Source of the DNA: an uncultured Alphaproteobacteria bacterium
GTDB taxonomy: Bacteria; Pseudomonadota; Alphaproteobacteria; Sphingomonadales; Sphingomonadaceae
NCBI GenBank assembly: GCA_963777785.1
Contig: CAVZRU010000003.1
Location: 111,301 to 175,300 of the forward strand
Length of the DNA stretch: 64,000 bases
Direction of reading: 5' to 3'
Translations under genes and position numbers: made by a program
Notes under the pieces: generated by a model
Told to the model about the DNA's origin: nothing
The model's input: only the letters and a program-made list of their open reading frames with translations
The model's database searches: none
Shown here: positions 19,358-29,655 of the stretch, in pieces
Position numbering within the stretch: position 1 is the first letter of the stretch
Layout: every line of letters starts with the position of its first letter

Positions 19358-20380
19358 ATGGCGAAAGACGCGGTCCGCTTCGAACACATTCCGGGCTGGG
19401 AGAAGTGCCCCGAAGGCGATGAGTATTCGCATGAGGACGTCGCTGCCGTGGCATGCGATTCACACGACCGCGTCTATCTCCACACGCGCAATGCCCACCG
19501 GGTGATGGTCTATGACGAAGACGGCAATTTCCTGAAGAAGTGGGGCGACGGCGTATTCGGCCGCGCCCACGGCATGACGATCAAGGACGATGTCTGCTAT
19601 TGTACTGACGACATCCAAAGCGTGATCCGCGTGTTCGACCTCGACGGCAATTTCAAATGGATGCTCGGCGAACCGGGTGTCACTACCGACACAGGTTACG
19701 GCGGCCCGCGCGGCCGCAAGGCTGCAATCCACCACAATGAATTCGTCGAGCGCGCAATGGGCCCGTTCAACTGCTGCTGCAATGTCGCTGTCGCAGAGAA
19801 TGGCGATATCTTCGTCGCAGATGGCTACGGCAATGCGCGGATCCATCACTTCGATAACAAGGGCGAATTGCTGAACAGTTGGGGCGAGGTCGGCACCGAG
19901 CCGGGCCAGTTCCACCTGCCTCACGGTATCGCGCTCGACAACGATGAGAATGTCATCGTCTGCGATCGCGAAAACGACCGCCTTCAATTCTTCACACGCG
20001 AGGGGGAGTTCATCAAGGAATGGACTGATGTGCTGCGTCCGACCGATTGTGCGGTAGACAAGGACGGACTGATCTACGTGTCCGAACTCTGGCGTCCGGC
20101 CGAGCCGGGCCAGGGGAGCTTCATGCATGGGTTTCCCGATCATGACCTGCCAGGCCGTGTGACCGTGTTCCATCCCGATGGCGAGATTGCTGCACGGTGG
20201 GGCGCCGACAGCGAAAACCGCACCGCGCCGGGTAACTTCATAGCGCCGCACGGGCTCGCGATAGACAGCAAGGGCAGCCTCTACGTGTCGGAGGTCTCGA
20301 CCACGTTTGGCGGGCTTCGCGGGCTTTCGAAGGAAGAGACCTGCGCGCACCAGATCCAGAAGTTCCGCCGAGTCCGCTGA
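19358..20380 (+). CDS. NHL-repeat protein, peptidyl-alpha-hydroxyglycine alpha-amidating lyase-like
   Basis: IFVADGYGNARI, GQFHLPHGIA, VCDRENDRLQFF motifs. Confidence 0.88.
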   Translation: MAKDAVRFEHIPGWEKCPEGDEYSHEDVAAVACDSHDRVYLHTRNAHRVMVYDEDGNFLKKWGDGVFGRAHGMTIKDDVCYCTDDIQSVIRVFDLDGNFKWMLGEPGVTTDTGYGGPRGRKAAIHHNEFVERAMGPFNCCCNVAVAENGDIFVADGYGNARIHHFDNKGELLNSWGEVGTEPGQFHLPHGIALDNDENVIVCDRENDRLQFFTREGEFIKEWTDVLRPTDCAVDKDGLIYVSELWRPAEPGQGSFMHGFPDHDLPGRVTVFHPDGEIAARWGADSENRTAPGNFIAPHGLAIDSKGSLYVSEVSTTFGGLRGLSKEETCAHQIQKFRRVR

Positions 20381-20392
20381 GAAGGGAAGACC

Positions 20393-21112
20393 ATGCAGCA
20401 GACCCTTGTCGCCAATCTCGTTTGCGGGAGCCCTTGGCGCAACCATGACTATGACTACGCGCGGTTGCGTCTCGGCCAGGCGCTCTACGATTTGAACGAG
20501 ATCAGGACGGATTGTTACCAGGATTTCGAGGATCTCGGCGGTATTGCCCTAGGCGATTTGCTGGTCACCTACACGTCGCAGATCCAGGTAACCGAAAAGG
20601 CTTCAACCAATTTGCGGCGCTGGCTGGAAAAAGGCGGCCGCTGGTTCGCGCTTCACAGCAGCACTTCGGTGGCTGGTAATATGGCGATGGCCGGGCTTCT
20701 TGGCGCCCAGTTTGTCGATCATCCGCCGTACCACGAGTTCGCGGTCAAGGTAATGAAGCCCGACGATCCCATGCTCGAAGGAATATCCGACTTCACCGTT
20801 ACGGACGAGCTTCACTGCCTCGATAAGGTCTCGGATGACATGGAAGTGCTGCTCCAAGCCAATTGGGGTGGGACGGGCATTCTAGGCAAAGAGCATGAGG
20901 TGCAGGACCGGCCGTTAATGTATCGGCGTAGAATTGGGGACGCTGGCGGTGGCGTACTCTATCTGGCATTGGGTCACGCCAACCGGCCTTATGACAAGCC
21001 GCGGCCGAACTATCCTGACCAGCCCGAATATCGCGGGCCATGGGACACTGAACCGTTTGACACACTAATACGCCGCGGCTGTGAATGGGCAGCCAAACGC
21101 AGGGAGTTTTAA
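20393..21112 (+). CDS. ThuA-like domain protein
   Basis: HDYD, GG.WFALHS, LLGAQF..HPP, DEL and YLALGH motifs. Confidence 0.85.
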   Translation: MQQTLVANLVCGSPWRNHDYDYARLRLGQALYDLNEIRTDCYQDFEDLGGIALGDLLVTYTSQIQVTEKASTNLRRWLEKGGRWFALHSSTSVAGNMAMAGLLGAQFVDHPPYHEFAVKVMKPDDPMLEGISDFTVTDELHCLDKVSDDMEVLLQANWGGTGILGKEHEVQDRPLMYRRRIGDAGGGVLYLALGHANRPYDKPRPNYPDQPEYRGPWDTEPFDTLIRRGCEWAAKRREF

Positions 21113-21116
21113 GATT

Positions 21117-21473
21117 ATGGCAGTTGAAATGATGCGGATCATCCTCAAACCCGAAGGTGCTGACGAGGCCACAGCCGGGGCGAAGCAGATTTGGATCGAT
21201 CTCAGTGTGGATAGCGAAACAGGGGTGAGCACAGGGCCATTTCCCGCATGGGGCCGGGTAGGCGATTGGCAGCAGCCCGACACACTCGTGCCATTCACCC
21301 TGATGATGGATGGTAGGATGGATACCGGCGCCTTTGCCAGTGAAGGTGAGCGCAATGACGTCCTCGAGATCCGCAAGGCCACGCTCGAAGCTGGCGGCAC
21401 GATTGTGCGCCGGTCGGGCGATACGGTGAGCAATTACGCGATCGAAAGCATGAAACCGCTGATTGCTGCTTGA
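21117..21473 (+). CDS. Hypothetical protein
   Basis: 118-aa ORF starting 4 nt after the ThuA stop. Confidence 0.65.
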   Translation: MAVEMMRIILKPEGADEATAGAKQIWIDLSVDSETGVSTGPFPAWGRVGDWQQPDTLVPFTLMMDGRMDTGAFASEGERNDVLEIRKATLEAGGTIVRRSGDTVSNYAIESMKPLIAA

Positions 21474-21509
21474 ACCCAGTTCGAGGGAGGAAAGGACGAA
21501 CGGAGCGGA

Positions 21510-21962
21510 CTAGTTCTTCATCCAGGGATTGTTCTTCTCGGCCGGGATTTCCGGGCCATGGCCAATACGTGAAAAGAGTTTGATGTAGCGGCCGTCGGGA
21601 TCCTCGATCGCGACGGCCCAGGTCAATCCGGTCGCGAACACGTCTGAATGGTTTACGTCTCCGAGGCTCTCGAGATGCTTCACCCAGGCATGGAGACCCG
21701 CCTTGTCTTCGACGTGGATCGAAATGGGATCGAACCGACCCGTAGTCGCGGCGTGTTCGGGAAGCAGGCGCAAGTCCAGGACTCCCAGTCCTTCTACCCG
21801 ACAAATGTAAGCGTATACGTTCCCATCTGAGTCCACGTGATCCGCGGCTTTTATGCGTTCAGCGCCGAATACGCGTTCGTAAAAAGCCAAAGACTTCGCA
21901 CAATCGGACACCGCAAATTTCAGAGTGCGCAGGCCATCGAGCTTAGGCGTCGTCGTGTTCAT
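21510..21962 (-). CDS. VOC/glyoxalase family protein
   Basis: VSD..KSLAFYERVFG and EDPDG motifs. Confidence 0.85.
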   Translation of the reverse strand: MNTTTPKLDGLRTLKFAVSDCAKSLAFYERVFGAERIKAADHVDSDGNVYAYICRVEGLGVLDLRLLPEHAATTGRFDPISIHVEDKAGLHAWVKHLESLGDVNHSDVFATGLTWAVAIEDPDGRYIKLFSRIGHGPEIPAEKNNPWMKN

Positions 21963-22003
21963 ACCCTGTAAGCTTTCGTATTTGGTGTTTTTGTGAGGCT
22001 CGG

Positions 22004-23060
22004 CTAATCCACGGCGCAATTGATCAGGATGTCCTCATCCAACGTGAGGCCCAGGCCGGGGGTGTCAGGCAAGATCAGATCGCCATCTTCGATGCGCATG
22101 GGTTCAGTGAAAAGCGGTTGTCCCCACGGGACCAGGCCGACGATCAGCCCGTTGGGCACCGCCGCGAGCCCATGGCAGAGAACCTCCGATGCGAGGTGGT
22201 TCACCACCGACTTGCCATGAGCCTCCGCCATATGTGCCACTTTGAGGAAGCCCGTCATGCCAAGGTCTTGATCGATCATGACATAATCGGAGCAGCGACC
22301 CTCCAGCAGACGCGCGAACTCATGCATGTGCTGGAATACTTCGCCCGCGCAAGTTCTCTGAACGACTGTGTCGGTAACCTGCTGCATCGCTTCATAATCG
22401 TGCGATGCCACGGGATCCTCAATCCAGAACAAATCCAGGTCTTCCGTCTCGCGTGCGAAACGAATCGCATTGCGCAGGCCCCATTGGAAATTGCCGTCTA
22501 CGATGATCTTGATATCCGGGCCGACGCATTCCCGGATGAAACGGACATGATCGATGGCTTTTTCGAGCGGTGCCAGAGCCGCAAGGGGCCTTTACAGCGC
22601 AAAAGCCACGAGCAACCACATCTTCCAAATGCCTCGCCACCTTGTCTTTGGCTGGCCCGGGCATGAGGTTCCAATTGGCCGACACTGGCATCCGGTTTCG
22701 ATAGCCGCCCGCAAGCTTCCATACAGGCATATCCGCTGCCTTGCCCGCAAGGTCCCAACAGGCAACGTCGATCGCACTCGCAGCGCGTAGCTCAAGGCCG
22801 GTCAATGGTGCGCCCAAGGCTGACGAATAAAGGCGCTTGTGGATTGCTTCGATTAACGTTGGATCTTCACCAGACAGGGCTTCGACCATTCCCTCGATCA
22901 GCAGGACTAGGGCGCGCATGTTTTTGGGCGTCACTCTGCTGACATAGGAAATGCCGGTTAAGCCATCATCGGTGTGAAGTCTCAAGACGACATGGCGGCC
23001 GGACATCACGCCTTCGAAACTTACGTCGACTACGTCGACTGTGCATCCTGTGATTTTCAA
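22004..23060 (-). CDS. Mandelate racemase/muconate lactonizing enzyme family protein, +1 frameshift near 22578
   Basis: TDDGLTG, AIDVACWDL.GK, VDGN, WIEDP, GE, PGLGL; TTG start with RBS. Confidence 0.88.
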
Positions 23061-23258
23061 TTCCGCCCTCTCCCTGTTTTCGGAGTTGTCCTTAAATCGT
23101 CGACTGCGGCCTGCCAAGAAAGATTTCCGGTGGAGGCAAGTCGCTCCCCATGCGCTTTCCTAACTGTCATTGCCAATTCCAGATCGGCCAGAACCATAAA
23201 ATGGGTGCAGGCCCTCGATTCTAATATTTACCCTTCCATACACGTGTTGCAGGCTGCT

Positions 23259-23272
23259 AGATACCGGTAACA
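23259..23272. promoter_or_regulatory. GntR(LacI)-type operator AGATACCGGTAACA
   Basis: 33 nt upstream of the MetE-like gene, in a divergent promoter region. Confidence 0.75.
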
Positions 23273-23305
23273 AATTCGAGCAGCTTCCGAGAGGATTGAA
23301 AACAG

Positions 23306-24520
23306 ATGAAGCATTCGACCAGCCACATTTTGTCCAGCCACGGCGGCAACCTGCCACGTCCGGCTGAATTCGACACTTTGCTTGCAAAGGCTAGCGAGCA
23401 CCAGGAGGAAGTGCAGGCCAAGCTGCCGGGTGCAGTTGCCTGGGTCGTCGACAAGCAGATCGAATGCGGCGTCGATATCATCAATGACGGTGAATATGTG
23501 AAGGCCGCAGAAGGCGGCAGCTACGGCTCCTATATGGGCGGCCGCTCGACGGGCTTTTCCGTGCGTGACCGGGCCGAGGGCAGCAAGCCAAAGCGGGGCT
23601 TCACAGCGGAACGTGAGATCCCCGAGTTCCCGGGCTTCTTCAAGAGCGGTCTCTGGTTCGCGGGGTCGGGTGGTCCAATCCGTCCCGGTTTTGCGACCAA
23701 GGGCCAGCAAATGATGAACGTGGGCGGCCGCGAGCAGATCTGCGACGGCCCGATTGCTTATACCGGCCAGGACGCAATTGCGAAAGACATCGCCGCGTTG
23801 AAGAAGGGCCTTGAAGGCAAGAGCAACGTTGACGGCTTTATTGCTTCTCTTGGCCCACTCAGCCTTGGCGCGGGCAAAACCAATCTGCATTACAAGGACG
23901 AACGCGAATATATGTTCGCCGTCGCCGAATGCATGCGCGCCGAATATAAGGCGATCACCGACGCGGGGCTGATCGTTCAGGTAGACGAGCCGGAATTCGC
24001 TACGACTTGGAGCTTCTATCCCGACTGGAGTGTGGAAGATCTGCGCAAGTATCTCGATTTCGCGGTCGAGGTAATCAACCATGCGCTCGTCGGCGTGCCA
24101 GAAGAGCAGGTGCGGTTCCACATGTGCTGGGGCTCCGGCCATCGCCCACATGTCCAAGACATCGGGTTCGAGCACATCGCCGACAAGATGCTGGGGATCA
24201 ACGCCCAGTGCTATACATTCGAAGCCAGCAATCCGCGTCACGCGCACGAGTATCGCGTGTTCGAGGATCTTAAGCTTCCCGATGGCAAGATCATCGCGCC
24301 GGGCGTTGTCGGCCACTACACCGATTTGGTCGAACATCCTGAACTGGTCGCCGAACGGCTGATGAACTACGCAAAGCTGGTCGGGATGGAAAACCTCCAC
24401 GCCTGTACCGATTGCGGGATTGGTTCGCGCGTTGGGCACGAAGAAATCGTCTGGGCAAAGCTCAAGGCAATGTCCGAAGGCTGCCAGATTGCGACCAAGC
24501 GTTTGAAAGCCGGCCTCTAA
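23306..24520 (+). CDS. Cobalamin-independent methionine synthase II family (single-barrel MetE-like Zn enzyme)
   Basis: HGGNLPRP, DGE, VQVDEP, HMCWG, PRHAHE and TDCG Zn-site motifs. Confidence 0.9.
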   Translation: MKHSTSHILSSHGGNLPRPAEFDTLLAKASEHQEEVQAKLPGAVAWVVDKQIECGVDIINDGEYVKAAEGGSYGSYMGGRSTGFSVRDRAEGSKPKRGFTAEREIPEFPGFFKSGLWFAGSGGPIRPGFATKGQQMMNVGGREQICDGPIAYTGQDAIAKDIAALKKGLEGKSNVDGFIASLGPLSLGAGKTNLHYKDEREYMFAVAECMRAEYKAITDAGLIVQVDEPEFATTWSFYPDWSVEDLRKYLDFAVEVINHALVGVPEEQVRFHMCWGSGHRPHVQDIGFEHIADKMLGINAQCYTFEASNPRHAHEYRVFEDLKLPDGKIIAPGVVGHYTDLVEHPELVAERLMNYAKLVGMENLHACTDCGIGSRVGHEEIVWAKLKAMSEGCQIATKRLKAGL

Positions 24521-24678
24521 CACGAATGCGAATCTGCTTTCCCCGTTTCTGCTAGTGCCGAGAGCGGGGAAAGCTGGCGAGCCGCCGCGAAGGCATAGTG
24601 GGTTCGGCTCGATGAGTGAGATTTGATGTAACCTGACAAGCTGCTGCGACAAGATGGCGGCCGAAGAGAGGATTGCGC

Positions 24679-26070
24679 ATGACGAGTTCGGTCGCTGATG
24701 GCACCAGTTCGGAGGGCGAGGCCGCCGCACCCGCGCCGGACGCCGGTGTGCAACTCTGGCCTCCCCGCAAGGACGCTTATTATTCGCTCATAGTGATGAC
24801 GATCGTGGTGATGTTCACGGTGATCGACCGGCAGATCATGAGCGTCATGATCGAGCCGATGAAACAGGATTTCCAGATCAGCGATACGGAGGTCGGTCTA
24901 CTGATTGGGGCGGCATTCTCGATTACATACGGTATTGCCGGACTGCCAATCGCGCGCTTCGCGGATCGGACAAACCGACGCAATCTCGTCGCGGTCTCGA
25001 TTGGTTTCTGGAGCCTCTGCACCGTGGCATGTGGCGTTTGCCAGAATTATGGGCAGATTTTCCTTGCTCGTCTGGGGATTGGCATTGGTGAGTCTGGCTA
25101 CGGCCCGGCAGCATGGTCCATTGCTACCGATAATTTTCCGCGCGAAAAAGTCGCCATGGCGACTGGCACCTATGGCATTGGCGCAATGGTTGGCACGGGT
25201 ATGGCAATGTTCTTGGGCGGTGCCGTGCTGGCATTGGTCGAGGGAATGCCAATGGTCTCTCTGCCCTTCGGCGGCGTTATCCGGCCATGGCAATGGGCAT
25301 TTATTGTAGTGGGCCTACCGGGTCTGCTGTGGGCCTTCGTAGTCATGACGACCAAGGAGCCCCCGCGGCGCGGTATCGCAGCGGGCACCAAGCCGCCCAA
25401 AGTGCCCTTGAGTGAGCTTGGCAACTGGATGAAGGACGACTGGCGGACTTATCTGGCGGTCATTCCGAGCTCGGGCATGAAGCAGCTTATCGCCGCCGGT
25501 CAGCAAGTCTGGGGTGTCACCTTCTTCTACCGCGAGTTTGGTTGGTCGATCTGCCTATGCAGCCGTGATGATGGGCCTCATGACGATAATTGTTTCGCCA
25601 ATCGCGATGATTATGGGCGGCAAGCTTTCTGAATATCTAGCCAAGAACGGTCGCCACGATGCCAACCTTCGCGTAGTGATCTATGGCCTTTTGGGTTCAG
25701 TACCATGTCTGGTGCATCGCGCCCCAATTGCCAAATGGCTACCTTTCGCTGACCATGTTCGGGATTGGTATATTCATCGGCACATTGGGTTTCGGACCGG
25801 GCATTGCAGCCTTCCAGGTTATCACACCCAATCGCATGCGTGCGCAGGTCAGCGCGCTCAGTCAATTTGGCAGCAACGTGCTGGCCTATGCACTAGCGCC
25901 ACTGATCGTGGCGTTGTTCACAGACTTTGTATTCAAGGATCCTGCCGCTGCTTAAATACTCGATGTCGCTGAGCACACTGACGATGGGCGTTGCGGCGCT
26001 GGTGTTGGCCTTGCAGGGGCTGAAATCCTACTCACGGTCCTATGAGCGCGCAGTGCGCGAGAACTTCTGA
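24679..26070 (+). CDS. MFS transporter (spinster-like), +1 frameshifts near 25551, 25711 and 25950
   Basis: DRQI, ADRTNRR, ARLGIGIGES, PWQWAFIVVGLPG, KEPPR; three hydrophobic ORF pieces in series. Confidence 0.88.
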
Positions 26071-26174
26071 TCGGGACTGGCGCGTTGCGGGCGTAGCTTT
26101 TGCTGGTCGCGGGCCCGAATCGATTGACTAATATCAGCCTGGCTGTTCATTAGAGTCCGTCAACAGGGAGGGGC

Positions 26175-26531
26175 GTGAGCGTGGGAAACTGGGTGAAGGT
26201 ATGCCGCGCTGACGAGATTCATTTCGATGAGGCCAAGCAGGTTGAGGTCGATGGCGTAGCGATCGGGCTCTATCGTCTGGAAGATGGCTGCTACGCATTG
26301 AACGACATTTGCACGCACGCCTTTGCACATCTGTCCACCGGGTTCGTTGAAGATGAGACTGTGGAGTGTCCACTCCACCAAGCACGGTTTGAAATCCGCA
26401 CTGGCAAGGCGCTCGACGGTATCGCCCCGTCAGATGTCGCTACTTACGCGGTTAAAGTCGAAGACGGCGATGTTTACGTGCAGTTGAGCGGTAGTTCAGA
26501 CGCATTGGATCGAGGGGGAATACTTTCATGA
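26175..26531 (+). CDS. Rieske-type ferredoxin of an oxygenase system
   Basis: CTH...CPLH Rieske ligands in a 118-aa acidic protein. Confidence 0.93.
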   Translation: MSVGNWVKVCRADEIHFDEAKQVEVDGVAIGLYRLEDGCYALNDICTHAFAHLSTGFVEDETVECPLHQARFEIRTGKALDGIAPSDVATYAVKVEDGDVYVQLSGSSDALDRGGILS

Positions 26532-27307
26532 CAACTGACGCCGAAATCATAAGCGCGGTAATAGATCTCCTGCAAAAAGGAGCGGACGCCGGTGAATGGC
26601 GCGAAATCCTCTCCCCCGATGCGGAATTCGAAGTGTTGAACGGCCATCTGGCCGGAAAAGATGCGGTTGCAGAACGGCTCGCAAATACTCGCACGGCCCA
26701 TCTCGAATGGAGTAAGCTTGACCGGCCGAAGCATGTTCTTGCCGGACAGCCAAGATCCGGCACGGGCGATCGCGGGATTGCACTTACGATACAGGTTTCG
26801 GGCGAAAAACTGGTGCGTGTTTCGCAGCAGAACCTCGCAATGCCCCCGCGGGCCGGCACACCAATGGTAATGGATGCGGCGCTGCGCGAACGCTTTGACA
26901 CGTCGCTGGAAACCACGAACGCGATGTCGCTTTCTTACGTTGACCCGCAGGGTCGTCCACATTTGTCTTTGCGAGGTTCTCTGCGCACTTTTGGGGACGA
27001 CAGCTTGGCCATGTGGGCGCGTAGTGCCGATACCGGTCTTGCGGTGGCCGTGGAGGCTAACCCGCATGTCGCGCTGCTCTTCCGCAACGCAGAGAAGCGC
27101 ACAACATATCAAATCAGCGGCCGCGCGCGCGTCGTGAAGGATGAAGCGACCCGGCACGAAATCTACAACGCGATGCCCAAGGTCGAGCGTGATCACGACT
27201 TTGGCATGCTGGGCGCCGCGATAATCATCGAACTGGATTTGGTGGAAGGCTGGGCTGGGATAGGCCCGACTGGTCCTATCGATCCGATCAAGCTTGTTCG
27301 CGAATAG
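26528..27307 (+). CDS. Pyridoxamine 5'-phosphate oxidase-like flavin-binding protein with an N-terminal extension
   Basis: G.PHLSLRGS...NPHVALL...YQISGRARVV split-barrel motif in the C-terminal half. Confidence 0.75.
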   Translation: MTTDAEIISAVIDLLQKGADAGEWREILSPDAEFEVLNGHLAGKDAVAERLANTRTAHLEWSKLDRPKHVLAGQPRSGTGDRGIALTIQVSGEKLVRVSQQNLAMPPRAGTPMVMDAALRERFDTSLETTNAMSLSYVDPQGRPHLSLRGSLRTFGDDSLAMWARSADTGLAVAVEANPHVALLFRNAEKRTTYQISGRARVVKDEATRHEIYNAMPKVERDHDFGMLGAAIIIELDLVEGWAGIGPTGPIDPIKLVRE

Positions 27308-27399
27308 GCAGGGGCAACACCGGCTTGGCTTAGAATTTCGGTTGTGCTAGCACGCATAATGACAGCCAAGCTTATATTGTTGGCTGGATGGAGAGGGTC

Positions 27400-28619
27400 A
27401 TGCTCAGCCACGAAGACAATGAACTGCTAAGCCGCGTCGGCAAGGGTACCCCGATGGGCGCGGTGATGCGTTCGGTGTGGCTGCCTCTGTGTCGTAAGCA
27501 GTTCCTTGAGTCGGATGGAGCGCCACGGCGCATGCGGCTGTTGGGCGAAGATCTGGTGGCCTTTCGCGCAACGGATGGCCGCGTCGGCGTCCGCGACGAA
27601 AAATGTCCCCATCGCCTGTGCTCGCTTGCGCTCGCGCGTAATGAAGAGAATGGCCTGCGCTGTATTTATCACGGCTGGAAATTCGACGTTTCGGGCGATG
27701 TGGTGGATGTCCCGACCGAACCGGCCGATCGGGCCGCGGAATTCGCTGCTACCGTTCCTCGGCGCCACAAGCCGGTCCGCGAGGCGGGCGGAATAGTTTG
27801 GGTGTGGCTGGGCGAGGGCGAGCCAGGGCCGTTCTATAACTGGAACTGGCTGGACATTCCCGACGATCAGATCGAGATCCGTGTTGGCAACGTGCCCTGT
27901 AGCTGGCTTAACGGGCTGGAGACGGCGCTCGATACCGCGCATGTCGGTGTGCTGCACACTAACGCAATCGTGGACGACACCTACATCCACAAGACCGATA
28001 CGTTGGCCCTATCGAGTGCGGACAAGGCGCCACATTTCGAATTCGAGATGACCGATTACGGCTATCGCGAGGCCGCGCTGCGCAATCTGGATGGCGGCAG
28101 CAAATATTTGCGCCTGCGCGAATTCGTGCTTCCGTTCTTCTCCTACATTCCGGTGGGGCCGCGCGACAACGATCAGCTGGTGACCATCTATGTTCCGATC
28201 GACGATTATCATTCGGCGCATTGGGACATTCGCTACAATCTGCTCGGTCCGAAGAAGCTGACTTGGTTCGATGGCTTCGATCTCGACGATTACGTTGTGG
28301 CCATGGGTACCATGGACAATCTGTTCGGTCAGGATCGCGAGGCGATGAAGAACGGCAGCTGGAGCGGCCTGGAAAGTATTCGTCAGGAAGACATCGCCGT
28401 CGGCGTGTCTCAGGGGGCGATCGCGGATCGTACGCAGGAATATCTTAGCTCCAGCGATCTTTCGATCGTGCGCGGGCGCCGGCTGCTTCTGAAAGCCGCG
28501 AAGGCGGCTGCAGAGGGCAGATGGACCACGGTGTCGATCCAGGGATCGACATGGGCAATCTGCGCGCGATCGAGGAAGTGTTAGAGCCTGGCGCCGACTG
28601 GCGCGAATTGCAGCCCTGA
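27400..28619 (+). CDS. Rieske non-heme iron oxygenase (phthalate dioxygenase/LigXa-like), -1 frameshift near 28520
   Basis: RVGKGTPMG, CPHR...CIYHGW, DTAHVGVLH, QED; family-type DWR tail lies in the shifted frame. Confidence 0.92.
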
Positions 28620-28626
28620 CGGAACA

Positions 28627-29655
28627 ATGGCGCGCGTCGTTCTCGGCCTGGGTACGTCCCACACTCCGCTGCTTGTTCTCGAAGCGGCGCGTTGGGCGGA
28701 GCGTGCTGAGGACGACTACGTCAGCGAAAGGCTGATCACTTCCGACGGGCGCAATATCAGCTACGAAACGCTCAAGGCCGAGCGCGGCGAGCCATATGTG
28801 CCCGATGCCACGAAAGAGACATTCGTCGAACAATTCGATGCGGCACAGCGGGCTCTGGACCGGCTAGCTGACGAGATCGAAGCTGCCAGCCCGGATGTCG
28901 TGCTGATTGTTGGTGACGATCAGGACGAACTCTTCGACAAGGATAATACCCCCGCCTTTGCGATCTATTACGGCCAGGATGTGGTGATGCATCCTTGGAA
29001 GATCGACAGCGACACGCCCAATTGGCGGCTGCCAGTCACGTTTGGCTACAAGATGGATGCGGCGCACGTGTTTCCCGGGCATCCCGCGCTTGGCGAATGG
29101 TTGATCCGAGGATTGATTGCCCGCGATGTCGATGTCGGTTCTGCTCGAATCGTGCGCGATCCCGAGACCCGCGGCTTCGGCCACGCTTATGGGTTCATCG
29201 TGGACCGACTGTTTCGCGGGCGGTCCATTCCGATGATCCCCTTGCTGCTCAATACTTATTTCCCGCCGAGCACTCCACGTCCCGGCCGTTGCTACGACAT
29301 CGGGCGCAAGATAGCGGAGGCGATCGCTGAGTACCCTGAAGACCTGAAAGTCTGCGTAATTGCGAGTGGTGGGCTTAGCCATTTTGTGACCGATGCGGAG
29401 CTCGATCTGGGCATGCTTGACGCATTGTTTGCTGATAATCGGCAGGCACTGGCAGAGATTCCTGAAGCCGCGCTGTTGTCCGGTTCCTCCGAAATTCGCA
29501 ACTGGATCATGGTCGGCGGTATCGTGTCGGGCATGAAGCCCGTTTGGCGCCAATATATTCCAGTATACCGCACGCCAGCGGGAACCGGCATCGGACTTGG
29601 CTTCGCCGCGTGGCATCCCGCATTCGATCACTCCGAGAGGACACAGCAACCATGA
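28627..29655 (+). CDS. LigB-type (class III) extradiol dioxygenase, LigZ/DesZ-like
   Basis: GTSHTP, VGDDQDE, GHAYGF, NTYFPP, ASGGLSHF, SEIRNW, YRTPAGTG. Confidence 0.9.
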   Translation: MARVVLGLGTSHTPLLVLEAARWAERAEDDYVSERLITSDGRNISYETLKAERGEPYVPDATKETFVEQFDAAQRALDRLADEIEAASPDVVLIVGDDQDELFDKDNTPAFAIYYGQDVVMHPWKIDSDTPNWRLPVTFGYKMDAAHVFPGHPALGEWLIRGLIARDVDVGSARIVRDPETRGFGHAYGFIVDRLFRGRSIPMIPLLLNTYFPPSTPRPGRCYDIGRKIAEAIAEYPEDLKVCVIASGGLSHFVTDAELDLGMLDALFADNRQALAEIPEAALLSGSSEIRNWIMVGGIVSGMKPVWRQYIPVYRTPAGTGIGLGFAAWHPAFDHSERTQQP

